From: an uncultured Pseudomonadota bacterium
Lineage (GTDB): Bacteria; Pseudomonadota; Gammaproteobacteria; Steroidobacterales; Steroidobacteraceae
Reading direction: 5' to 3'
NCBI GenBank assembly: GCA_963712795.1
Contig: CAVQJH010000015.1
Coordinates: 577,543 to 641,542 of the forward strand
Length of the DNA stretch: 64,000 nt
A program made the translations under genes and the position numbers. Below, piece after piece: positions 44,965-53,128 of this stretch. The notes under the pieces were generated by a model, which was not told where the DNA came from, ran no database searches, and was given only the letters and a program-made list of their open reading frames with translations. Positions within the stretch are counted from its first letter, which is position 1. The number at the start of each line of letters is the position of its first letter.

Positions 44965-46476
44965 GTGTCTTTCTGGTCGCGCAAGACGATCGAAATGTGT
45001 GCCGCCGAGGCGTACAGCGAGGACAGCGGGCCTCGGCTGCGCCGCTCGCTGGGAGTAGTGGGCCTCACGGCGTTCGGCGTGGGCTGCACGATCGGCGCGG
45101 GCATCTTCTCCCTGACCGGCGATGTGGCGGCTCACCAGGCAGGGCCGGCCGTCTCGTTGTCCTTCCTGCTCTCGAGCATCGCCTGTTTCTTCGCGGGACT
45201 CTGCTACGCCGAGTTCGCGGCGATGGTGCCGATCTCCGGCAGCGCTTATTCCTACTCCTTCGTGACGCTCGGCGAGGGGATTGCCTGGATCATAGGCTGG
45301 AGCCTGGTGCTCGAATGGCTGTTCTCCGCGTCTGTCGTCGCAATCAGCTGGTCCGGCTATGCGAGCGCGGCCCTCAAAGACCTCGGACTGTCCCTGCCCA
45401 CAGTCCTGAGCCAAGGACCCTTCGCCATCAGCGCCTCCGGACATTGGACGCTGAGCGGCTCTTGGTTCGATATGCCGGCGGTGCTCGTGGTGGTGGCCTG
45501 CACCGCGCTGGCTCTTGCGGGGACCCGTACGTCGGCGACGGTCAATACCGTGATAGTCATAGCAAAGGTGATCGCGCTCGTGCTGCTCATCGTCATCGGC
45601 GCCCAGCACATTCATCCACAAAATTGGCGACCGTTCATCCCGCGGAACACGGGCAGTTTCGGGGATTTCGGCTGGTCGGGCCTGGCTCGCGCGGCAGGAA
45701 CGCTGTTCTTCGCCTACATCGGATTCGACGGTGTATCGACATTGGCAGAGGAGGCCAGCAATCCGCAGCGGACCTTGCCGTGGAGCCTGTTTGCGTCGCT
45801 GCTGATCTGCACGGTGCTGTACGTCAGCGTGAGCATCGTCGTCACCGGACTGGCCCAATACAGCTCACTCGGCGTACCCGATCCGCTTTATTTCGCGCTC
45901 TCCAAGGCAGGCGTGTCCCTCGGCTATCTCAAAGGTCTGGTGGCGGTGGTCGCCATCGCCGGGTTGCTCTCGGTGGTGTTGGCGAGCATCGTCGGACAGG
46001 TTCGGATCTTCTACTCGATGGCTCGCGACGGGCTCCTGCCTCCGGCCTTCGGCACCCTGAGCCGTTCCGCCGGCATTCCCTACCTCGCCACCATCATCAC
46101 CGGTATTGCCGCGACCATCATGGCCGGGCTATTGCCGCTCGAGCTGCTCGGGGAGCTCATCTCCATCGGGACGCTGCTAGCGTTTGCGATGGTGTGTGCG
46201 GGTGTGGTGATTCTTCGCCGCATCGCCCCGGGTGCCCGGCGGCCATTCCGCACCCCGTGGGTGCCGGTGATTCCAGCGCTGGGGTTCCTGAGCTGCGTGG
46301 CGCTGATGCTCAGCCTGCCAGCCGGCACATGGATTCGGCTGGTAGTGTGGACTGGCTTGGGTTTGGCCATCTACGCGCTGTATGGCCGGCATCACTCCAA
46401 GCTCAGCGCGGCAGCCCTTGCTCGCAAAATCGCCGAATCCGAGCGCACGCTGCATCAATCGTCTCTTCCTCCGTAG
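44965..46476 (+). CDS. APC-superfamily amino acid permease (cationic amino acid transporter-like)
   Basis: 12 TM helices. …GLTAFGVGCTIGAGIFSLTGDVAA…GSAYSYSFVTLGEGIAWIIGW… are typical APC signatures. Confidence 0.85.
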   Translation: MSFWSRKTIEMCAAEAYSEDSGPRLRRSLGVVGLTAFGVGCTIGAGIFSLTGDVAAHQAGPAVSLSFLLSSIACFFAGLCYAEFAAMVPISGSAYSYSFVTLGEGIAWIIGWSLVLEWLFSASVVAISWSGYASAALKDLGLSLPTVLSQGPFAISASGHWTLSGSWFDMPAVLVVVACTALALAGTRTSATVNTVIVIAKVIALVLLIVIGAQHIHPQNWRPFIPRNTGSFGDFGWSGLARAAGTLFFAYIGFDGVSTLAEEASNPQRTLPWSLFASLLICTVLYVSVSIVVTGLAQYSSLGVPDPLYFALSKAGVSLGYLKGLVAVVAIAGLLSVVLASIVGQVRIFYSMARDGLLPPAFGTLSRSAGIPYLATIITGIAATIMAGLLPLELLGELISIGTLLAFAMVCAGVVILRRIAPGARRPFRTPWVPVIPALGFLSCVALMLSLPAGTWIRLVVWTGLGLAIYALYGRHHSKLSAAALARKIAESERTLHQSSLPP

Positions 46477-47569
46477 CGAAGCAGATGCGCACGAAGCGGC
46501 TGGTCCGCTTGCCGAACGCCGCTCCGTCCATCACCGATACCCGCTCCCGCTCGTACAGCGCGCGCATGAATTCGGATGCCGACAGGCCGGTGTCGGATAC
46601 GTCCACCAACATGAACATCCCTGCCTCAGGCACCGTGGGTCGGATGCCCGGAATGCCACGAAGCCCCGCCAGCATCCGCTCGCGGCGCGTGTTGCAGAGC
46701 TCGCGGATGCGATGTTCCGCTTCCGGGGCCACCGCCAATGCCGCAATGGCGGCTTCCTGTATGAAGCCCGGCAGCCCGAAGAGCATGCACATGGCCAGTG
46801 ACTCCGCATGTCTCACCAGCTCTTGCGGCCCGACGAGCCATCCCGCCCGCAATCCCGGCAGGGAGTGCGACTTCGAGAGGCTGCTGATGGTCACCACGCG
46901 CTCGGGCAGAGTTGCTGCAAGGCTCGGCACACGGCCGCCGGGCGCAAGTCCGGCGTACACCTCGTCCGAGACCAGCCACAGATCATGCTTGCGGGCGATC
47001 TCCGCGATGGCGTTCAACTCGGCCTGACTGATGATCACGCCACTGGGGTTGGAGGGAGTAGTCCACACGATGGCGCGCGTCCGCGGCGTCACCAAGGACT
47101 CTAGCGCACCGATGTCCGGCCGAAACCCTTCACCCGTTGCAGCCCGGATCATCCGCGCGCCGGAAACCTCGATCGTCGCCGGATAGGTCGCGTACATCGG
47201 ATCGAATGTGATGACCTCATCGCCCGGGCCCGCGAGGCACATCGAAGCAACGAACAGGGCGTTCTGCGCACCTGCGAGATACACCACGTTCTGCGCCGAT
47301 ACGGCTTGTCCGCTGCGTGCAGTGTGTAGTTTCGCGATCGCCTGCAGGAGCGGGAGGCGGCCGGACGCGGGCGTATAGCGCAGATCCCCGGCCCGCAGCC
47401 GTTCGACGGCCCGATCGATGACCGAGGGAGGGGAATCGAGAGCGGGATCCCCGATACTGAGAACGATGACGTCCTCGCCGCGGGCCCGCGCGGCCGCCGC
47501 GTGATAGTGAGTGACCCATGCGTCGGCGCCGTCACCGCTGATGCGATCGACGAGCGGAGAGAATCTCAT
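46403..47569 (-). CDS. PLP-dependent aminotransferase, class I/II (aspartate/arginine:pyruvate transaminase-like)
   Basis: …LSIGDPALDSPPSVIDRA…NVVYLAGAQNALFVA…SLSKSHSLPGLRAGWLVGP… (PLP lysine in SLSKSH). Convergent overlap with the permease 3' end. Confidence 0.85.
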   Translation of the reverse strand: MRFSPLVDRISGDGADAWVTHYHAAAARARGEDVIVLSIGDPALDSPPSVIDRAVERLRAGDLRYTPASGRLPLLQAIAKLHTARSGQAVSAQNVVYLAGAQNALFVASMCLAGPGDEVITFDPMYATYPATIEVSGARMIRAATGEGFRPDIGALESLVTPRTRAIVWTTPSNPSGVIISQAELNAIAEIARKHDLWLVSDEVYAGLAPGGRVPSLAATLPERVVTISSLSKSHSLPGLRAGWLVGPQELVRHAESLAMCMLFGLPGFIQEAAIAALAVAPEAEHRIRELCNTRRERMLAGLRGIPGIRPTVPEAGMFMLVDVSDTGLSASEFMRALYERERVSVMDGAAFGKRTSRFVRICFATEEETIDAACARIRRFCEQGLPR

Positions 47570-47616
47570 GGTCGTGCAACTTTGCATTTTGGTGCCTGCG
47601 TGTCAATATCCAAAAT

Positions 47617-49218
47617 ATGAGCGCCACATCGACCGTTGGTCGCTACATCGTCGAGCTGCTCGCCGCCAACGGAATCGATGTGGTGTTCGGCATACCGGGC
47701 GTGCATACGCTCGAGTTATATCGAGGCCTGGCGCTGACCGGCATGCGCCATGTGCTCGTGAGGCACGAGCAGAACGCCGGCTTCGCGGCGGACGGCTATG
47801 CGCGCGTGACTGGACGACCCGCGGCGGCATTCGTGATCTCAGGCCCCGGGGTCACGAACGCGCTGACGGCTGTCGCGCAGGCGTATTCCGATTCCGTCCC
47901 CATGATCGTCGTGGCTAGCGCACCGGTGCGCTCCTCCCTCGGTAAGGGGTGGGGTGTCTTGCACGAGGTGCCCGATCAATTGGCGCTCGGAGCCGGCGTC
48001 GCGGGGGTGGCACGAAACGCGTCCTCTGCCGAGGATGTCCGCGACCATTTGCGAGCGATGTTCGCTTCTTTCCGCACCGGCCGGCCCCGGCCTGCTTATC
48101 TGCAGGTCCCCCTGGACCTGCTGGCCAAGCCTACGGGCTTGAGGCCGGCGCGATTTGCCTGCCTCGACTCCCGCCCCAAACCTCCGCCGGAAGCGATTGA
48201 CCGGGCCACTGACTTACTCGCTGCAGCCAAACGGCCGCTCATCATCGCAGGCGGAGGCGCCCGCGAGACAGCTGATGAGGTGCTGCGGCTCGTGGAGCTC
48301 TTGGACGGCTACCTGATTACGACGACCGCCGGCAAAGGGCTGCTGCCGCAAAGCCACCCGGCAAACCTCGGGGCTTCTCTCCAGTACAGAGAGACACAGG
48401 AGCTCGTGGCCTCTGCCGACGCCATCGTAGCGGTGGGCACGGAGTTGTCGGAGACCGATTTCTACACCGGCACCCGCCTGAGGATGGAAGGCCGGCTGAT
48501 CCGGATCGACCTCGATCCGGCGAAGCTCGCGGATCACTACGGCGCGGAGGCTCCGGTGTGGGGCGATGCGCGCGCCAGCCTCCAAGCGATCACGGCCGGG
48601 CTGAAGAAGCGACAGGGGTGGCGAACTGGCGCGGGTCCAGCGACAAACCAGCTTGCAAAGATCAACCAGTCCTTCAATGAGCCCACCCGCGCCCGCCTGA
48701 GTGCGCTCGCTGCTATCCGTGCGGGCGTGCCTGCCGATGGGGTTGTCTTCAGCGACCAGACTCAGATCGCTTATCTCGGCAATTACGCCTACGCCGCAGA
48801 CCGGCCGGGGAGCTGGTTCCATCCCTGCGGCTACGGCGCTTTGGGCTTTGCGCTGCCGGCCGCCATCGGCGCGAAGATCGCACAGCCTGAGCGGGCGGTC
48901 CTCGCGCTTGCCGGCGATTTCGGCCTGCAGTTCACGCTGCAGGAGCTCATGACTGCCGTGGAACTGGAATTGAGTCTGCCGGTGGTGGTCTGGAATAACG
49001 CAGCATTGGGGCAGATCCGCGACGACATGCAGGCGGCAGGCATACCTCCGGTCGGTGTCGTCGCGCTCAATCCTGACTTCATCGCGGTCGCACGGGCGTT
49101 CGGAGCAGAAGGCACGCGCGCAACCAACGCGGCGGAGCTGACCGAAGCCATACGCCGCGCGTTGGCACGCAAGGGACCTACGCTCATAGAAGCGGTCGAG
49201 GCCGACTTCCTGGCGTGA
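47617..49218 (+). CDS. thiamine-pyrophosphate-dependent enzyme (acetolactate-synthase-like; 2-ketoarginine decarboxylase AruI-like)
   Basis: N-terminal TPP-Pyr domain (GIDVVFGIPGVHTLELYRGL…HEQNAGFAADGYARVTGRPAAAFVISGPGVTNALTAVAQAYSDSVPMIVV). C-terminal TPP-binding region (…LAGDFGLQFTLQELMTAVE…). Confidence 0.85.
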   Translation: MSATSTVGRYIVELLAANGIDVVFGIPGVHTLELYRGLALTGMRHVLVRHEQNAGFAADGYARVTGRPAAAFVISGPGVTNALTAVAQAYSDSVPMIVVASAPVRSSLGKGWGVLHEVPDQLALGAGVAGVARNASSAEDVRDHLRAMFASFRTGRPRPAYLQVPLDLLAKPTGLRPARFACLDSRPKPPPEAIDRATDLLAAAKRPLIIAGGGARETADEVLRLVELLDGYLITTTAGKGLLPQSHPANLGASLQYRETQELVASADAIVAVGTELSETDFYTGTRLRMEGRLIRIDLDPAKLADHYGAEAPVWGDARASLQAITAGLKKRQGWRTGAGPATNQLAKINQSFNEPTRARLSALAAIRAGVPADGVVFSDQTQIAYLGNYAYAADRPGSWFHPCGYGALGFALPAAIGAKIAQPERAVLALAGDFGLQFTLQELMTAVELELSLPVVVWNNAALGQIRDDMQAAGIPPVGVVALNPDFIAVARAFGAEGTRATNAAELTEAIRRALARKGPTLIEAVEADFLA

Positions 49219-49711
49219 CGTCCGAATGGACGTCCGTGAACTGCATTGAATTGTTGTTTCTCGCTTGACAAGCGAACGCTCCCGAGTAAACTGCGCAGCC
49301 ATCATGTATCCCAACACACACAAATCGCACGAGACCGCCGGTAGCCCGGCCACGTCATCCTGCAGCATTGAGCATCGCGTCAGACGCGATGCGCTGCGGT
49401 GCGCGCTCGAATTACGTGTGTTCGGATCGGACCGAATCGTATCGGACTAGCCCTCCAATGAGCTCGGAGGGCTGATTCAGGCAGCCTTCCGGGAATCTCG
49501 ACATCACGAGGCCCCGGTCGGCTATGCCACCGGGGCCTCGCTGTTTTTGCGGCCGGCTGCCGACAGAATTCGACACAGCGCCGAGGCGTTGGGTCGTGCA
49601 GAGGTCGAGATTGAAGCCGTGTCAGCGGAGCGGGCTCTTGGGTCCCGCCTGGCGCGCCTGCGCTGTGATTTGCGCTCGCGTGTACCGCACGGGCATTCGG
49701 TCTCAACCCCC

Positions 49712-49786
49712 AGCAAGTTAGCTCAGTGGGTAGAGCGACGGCCTTGTAAGCCGTAAGTCGCGGGTTCGACTCCCGTACTTGCACCA
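49712..49786 (+). tRNA. tRNA-Thr (anticodon TGT)
   Basis: D-arm GCTC-AGTGGGTA-GAGC. Anticodon arm ACGGC-CTTGTAA-GCCGT (anticodon UGU). T-arm GCGGG-TTCGACT-CCCGT. Strong similarity to bacterial tRNA-Thr(UGU). The acceptor stem pairs only 6/7 in my hand fold (GCAAGT/ACTTGC), so exact 5'/3' ends are uncertain by 1 nt. Ends …CACCA. Confidence 0.7.
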
Positions 49787-50124
49787 GCGGCACCTCGACA
49801 GTGCCTCTAAGACGACAGCGGGGCTTTGGCCTCGCATCGAGGTGCCCCAGTGACCTCTTCGCAGGACGCGGTACGTCTCGTGGTCGAGGCGGCGAACAGG
49901 AGAAAGCGCAGGTCACAGCGCGCTGACCGCCTTGAGCGGCCGGGGTGCGCGGCGTCCGAAGCGCTGATCGCGCTCGCCTGGGCGGTTCTTCCGGAAACGG
50001 AGGGGCCTGCGCGGTGAGCGGCAGATGGCGTGGACGGCGCCGCGGCCCCAGCGGCCCGCGGTCGGGGCGTGGGTTACACCTCGACCTATTTTGAAGTGAC
50101 TGGACGATGAGAGGAGATGAAAAC

Positions 50125-51273
50125 ATGTTCGCAATCAAGCGCATCACCATCGCCCAGCATGAGCGTGGTCTCCTGTTCCGCAATCGGAGCTTCGAGACCG
50201 TTCTCGAGCCGGGCGTGCACCGGATCTTCGATCCGCTGAAGCGGGTCGAAGTGCAGGTCTACGATCTGACCGTGCCGGAGTTCGAGCACCCCCGCGTCGA
50301 CTTCCTCCTGGAGGAGGCACGCGAGATGGTCGCGGATTACTTCGCCGTCGTGCAGATCGGCAGCTCCGAGGTCGGCGTTGTGTACAAGAGCGGCAAGGTC
50401 GCCGGCGTCCTGGCGCCCGGAACCAGGCAGCTCTACTGGCGCGGCGCCATCGAGGTGCGCGTCGATCGCCACGATATTTTGCGGGATTTCGAGCTCGCAA
50501 AGGATCTGGCGAAGGTCCTCGTGCGCGCGAAGCAGCCCCTGGCCGCAGCAGTGGCCGAAGCTGTGAGCATGACCGAGGTGCCCGATACCGCGATCGGCCT
50601 GCTGATCGTCGACGGAGAGCTGGCGCAGGTCCTGCATCCGGGTCTGCATGCCTTCTGGAAGTACCAGCGGACGCTGAAGATCGAGCTGGTCGATCGGCGT
50701 GTGCAGGCCATGGAGGTCGCGGGTCAGGAAATCCTGACCCGCGACAAGGTGAGCCTGCGGGTGAACCTGACGGCGCTCTGGCAAGTGCTGGACGCCGTGA
50801 AGGCGCGCTCGACGCTCACCAGCTTCACGGAGTTCGTCTACAAGGAGCTGCAGTTCGCGCTGCGCGAGGCAGTGGGTGCGCGCACCCTCGATGACCTGCT
50901 CGGTGACAAGGGCGCATTCGATCGCGAGATCGGGGACGCCGTACGTACCAAGGTCGAGGAGCATGGACTGGCCGTGCGCTCCGTCGGGGTCAAGGACGTG
51001 ATCCTGCCCGGTGAGATGAAGACCATCCTCAACCTGGTGGTCGAGGCGGAGAAGGTCGCTCAGGCGAACCTGATCCGCCGCCGCGAGGAGACCGCAGCGA
51101 CCCGCTCGCTGCTCAACACCGCGCGGCTCATGGACGAGAACCCGACGCTCCTGCGGATGAAGGAGCTGGAGACGCTGGAGAAGGTCACCGAGAAGATCGA
51201 CAAGCTCACGGTCTTCGGCGGCCTCGACGGTGTGCTGAAGGACATGGTGCGGATTCAGGTGCCAGGCGCCTGA
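50125..51273 (+). CDS. SPFH/Band-7 (stomatin/prohibitin/slipin-like) domain protein
   Basis: Start MFAIKRITIAQHERGLLFRNRSF… The SPFH core (…EVAGQEILTRDKVSLRVNLTALWQVLD…) is followed by a coiled-coil C-terminus (…ANLIRRREETAATRSLLNTARLMDENPTLLRMKELETLEKV…). Confidence 0.85.
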   Translation: MFAIKRITIAQHERGLLFRNRSFETVLEPGVHRIFDPLKRVEVQVYDLTVPEFEHPRVDFLLEEAREMVADYFAVVQIGSSEVGVVYKSGKVAGVLAPGTRQLYWRGAIEVRVDRHDILRDFELAKDLAKVLVRAKQPLAAAVAEAVSMTEVPDTAIGLLIVDGELAQVLHPGLHAFWKYQRTLKIELVDRRVQAMEVAGQEILTRDKVSLRVNLTALWQVLDAVKARSTLTSFTEFVYKELQFALREAVGARTLDDLLGDKGAFDREIGDAVRTKVEEHGLAVRSVGVKDVILPGEMKTILNLVVEAEKVAQANLIRRREETAATRSLLNTARLMDENPTLLRMKELETLEKVTEKIDKLTVFGGLDGVLKDMVRIQVPGA

Positions 51274-51289
51274 GCCGCATCGTTGGTCG

Positions 51290-51322
51290 CCCGGCGGGCC
51301 CTGAGTTCCAGGGCTCGCCGGG
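51290..51322 (+). terminator. GC-rich hairpin (14-bp stem, 5-nt loop) between convergent SPFH gene and the three-gene operon; likely bidirectional terminator
   Basis: cccggcgggccctg-agttc-cagggctcgccggg (one G·U pair), 17 nt after the SPFH stop and ~118 nt before the stop of the 51440 gene. No U-tract, as is common in high-GC genomes. Confidence 0.45.
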
Positions 51323-51439
51323 ATGATTCCGGAGGCGGTGTCCTTCTGCAACCGTGTTGATCACCTCATGGAAAAATGACAGCAAGAACGCGGGTACCCA
51401 AATGCGATCGGCGCCCGCATTCGCGCACGACGCGAGCTG

Positions 51440-53128
51440 TTAGTGGAAGGCCTGCGCCGCGTAACCCACGCCGAGATAGTAAATCTCGTTGTGTGTGTCG
51501 AGCGGAGCCGGCAAAGTAAAGGGAGGCGAGATGGCGGGATCAGCTGCTTTCTTTGCCGATAAGTAGTCGTCCGAGAGCCGCAACCAGACGATGAGCCCTG
51601 CCTTTTTCTCGACCACCTGGCCGGCCGCCCCGCTCTTGGCGTCGGCGGCGAGGCAAGGCACCAGGCCATTGACCAGCGGCGCCGCGATTCCGGAGGGCGT
51701 GTAAACGGCGCACACGGAGCGTCCGCCCGACTGCTGCATCCAGCTGAGCCAAGCCGCCGCGGCAGGCGAGCGCGGAGTCGGAGACCAGACCCGGCCCGGC
51801 TGGGCGACGCCGTCGATGATCCACAGGCCGTGCCAGTTCTGGGTGAAGTATGGGGTGCTGCCGCCGAAAAGCGGCGCGCCGAAGTAGGCGCTCCGCTGGG
51901 CGTTCGCGGTGGCACCGCCACCGCGCAATGCGGCGAGCGTCGGAATCCGGGTCACATCGTACATCGTCGCCACGGCCGCGCTGTGGCCGAGTAACGTGGA
52001 GGTGCAGTTTGTGGGAGGGCCTGCTTCGTCCGCGCTAGTCCACGGTGCGTTGTCTGGCCGCTGAAAGAGGGTGTTGCCGTCCTTGAATGCGAGCTGGCCG
52101 CCGGAGCTACCGTTCCTCAGCGACATCGACTGCGAGAAGAGGAACCGCAGTACCTCCCCCACCAGGCGCCCGAGTCCCTCCTGGCAGTTGAAGGGCTCAC
52201 GCACGAAGTCTCCGGCAATCGTGGCCGGGATCGGCGTGATCACCACCGGTCCCAAGGTGGTGCCGAAGAGGTCCGAGCGCGATCCATAGATCTGGTAGGC
52301 CACTCCAAAGGCCTGACCGGACAACAACGTGCGGTTCGAGCCCAGATCGACGTAGGGCTGGACAAAGTCGCTGACGCTCAGCGGCCCGGTTTTCTGGCTC
52401 GAGCTGCCCCGGACGACGCTCCCGTAAGGGTAGGCGCCCGCGAACGGGAACCGATCCGTCGGATAGTAAGGAGACAGGGGATTGGGGGTGACCTGCAGCA
52501 CAACTGCCGGAGTCAGCCCCACGTTGAACGGAGCCCACACGCCAATCAGAAACCTGAGACTCCCAAAGCCCGGGGGGTCGCCGTATTCGAGCAAGACCCA
52601 CGAGCCGCACTTGTCGAGCGGGACGTTGGTGTCGACGAAATTAAAGCGATCCCAGCCCTTCCCATTGACGTTGGCCGCAACGCCGTTCTTCAACGAGCGC
52701 CAGGTCTTGTTCAGTACCCAGATGCCACGATAGTAGGTGCCATTGCCGATCAGCGCGCCGCCGGCATTGAAGCCGCGATCCGCCGGACTGGATTCCGACA
52801 ACTGCACGCCCGGTGCGAAGCGGACCCTCCCGGGGCGAACCGTGACCGGGACCAGCTGCGAGCCCGTGGAGAGCGAGAGGGACGGATTGTTGGTCGTCCA
52901 GGCGTTGCTCTTGTCGTGGTTGATCTGGGCAACTTCATCGTAATAGCCTGCGGCATTCACGGTCAGGGTCACGAGCGCGGGCCCCTGATCGGGAATCAGC
53001 ACGTCGTGAGGCGCCACCCCGGGGGTGAGCGTCGTCGGCCCTTTACCGAGGTCGAGCGAAGCTGCGACCGTGGCATTGCGCAGCGCAGCGCCGCAGACGT
53101 TCTCTACGCTGATCCGCAGACGGATCAA
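51440..53128 (-). CDS. large hypothetical protein (~563 aa), third gene of uncharacterised operon; putative TTG start overlapping upstream stop (TTGA)
   Basis: Long high-GC3 ORF. Sequence is Gly/Pro/aromatic-rich and non-repetitive (…GTYYRGIWVLNKTWRSLKNG…WVLLEYGDPPGFGSLRFLIGVWAPFNVG…). The longest ATG/GTG-extended ORF (to 53194) would overlap the upstream gene by ~70 nt, so a TTG at 53126-53128 is proposed. No signal peptide, no known motifs. Confidence 0.5.
   Translation of the reverse strand: MIRLRISVENVCGAALRNATVAASLDLGKGPTTLTPGVAPHDVLIPDQGPALVTLTVNAAGYYDEVAQINHDKSNAWTTNNPSLSLSTGSQLVPVTVRPGRVRFAPGVQLSESSPADRGFNAGGALIGNGTYYRGIWVLNKTWRSLKNGVAANVNGKGWDRFNFVDTNVPLDKCGSWVLLEYGDPPGFGSLRFLIGVWAPFNVGLTPAVVLQVTPNPLSPYYPTDRFPFAGAYPYGSVVRGSSSQKTGPLSVSDFVQPYVDLGSNRTLLSGQAFGVAYQIYGSRSDLFGTTLGPVVITPIPATIAGDFVREPFNCQEGLGRLVGEVLRFLFSQSMSLRNGSSGGQLAFKDGNTLFQRPDNAPWTSADEAGPPTNCTSTLLGHSAAVATMYDVTRIPTLAALRGGGATANAQRSAYFGAPLFGGSTPYFTQNWHGLWIIDGVAQPGRVWSPTPRSPAAAAWLSWMQQSGGRSVCAVYTPSGIAAPLVNGLVPCLAADAKSGAAGQVVEKKAGLIVWLRLSDDYLSAKKAADPAISPPFTLPAPLDTHNEIYYLGVGYAAQAFH

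Noticed and set aside
44997-47027. 676-aa plus-strand ORF in alternate frame across permease and aminotransferase
   Set aside because: Out of frame with the APC permease (clear TM and signature motifs) and antisense to the aminotransferase. Arg/Gly-rich.
50086-51351. 421-aa minus-strand ORF
   Set aside because: Antisense to the SPFH gene.
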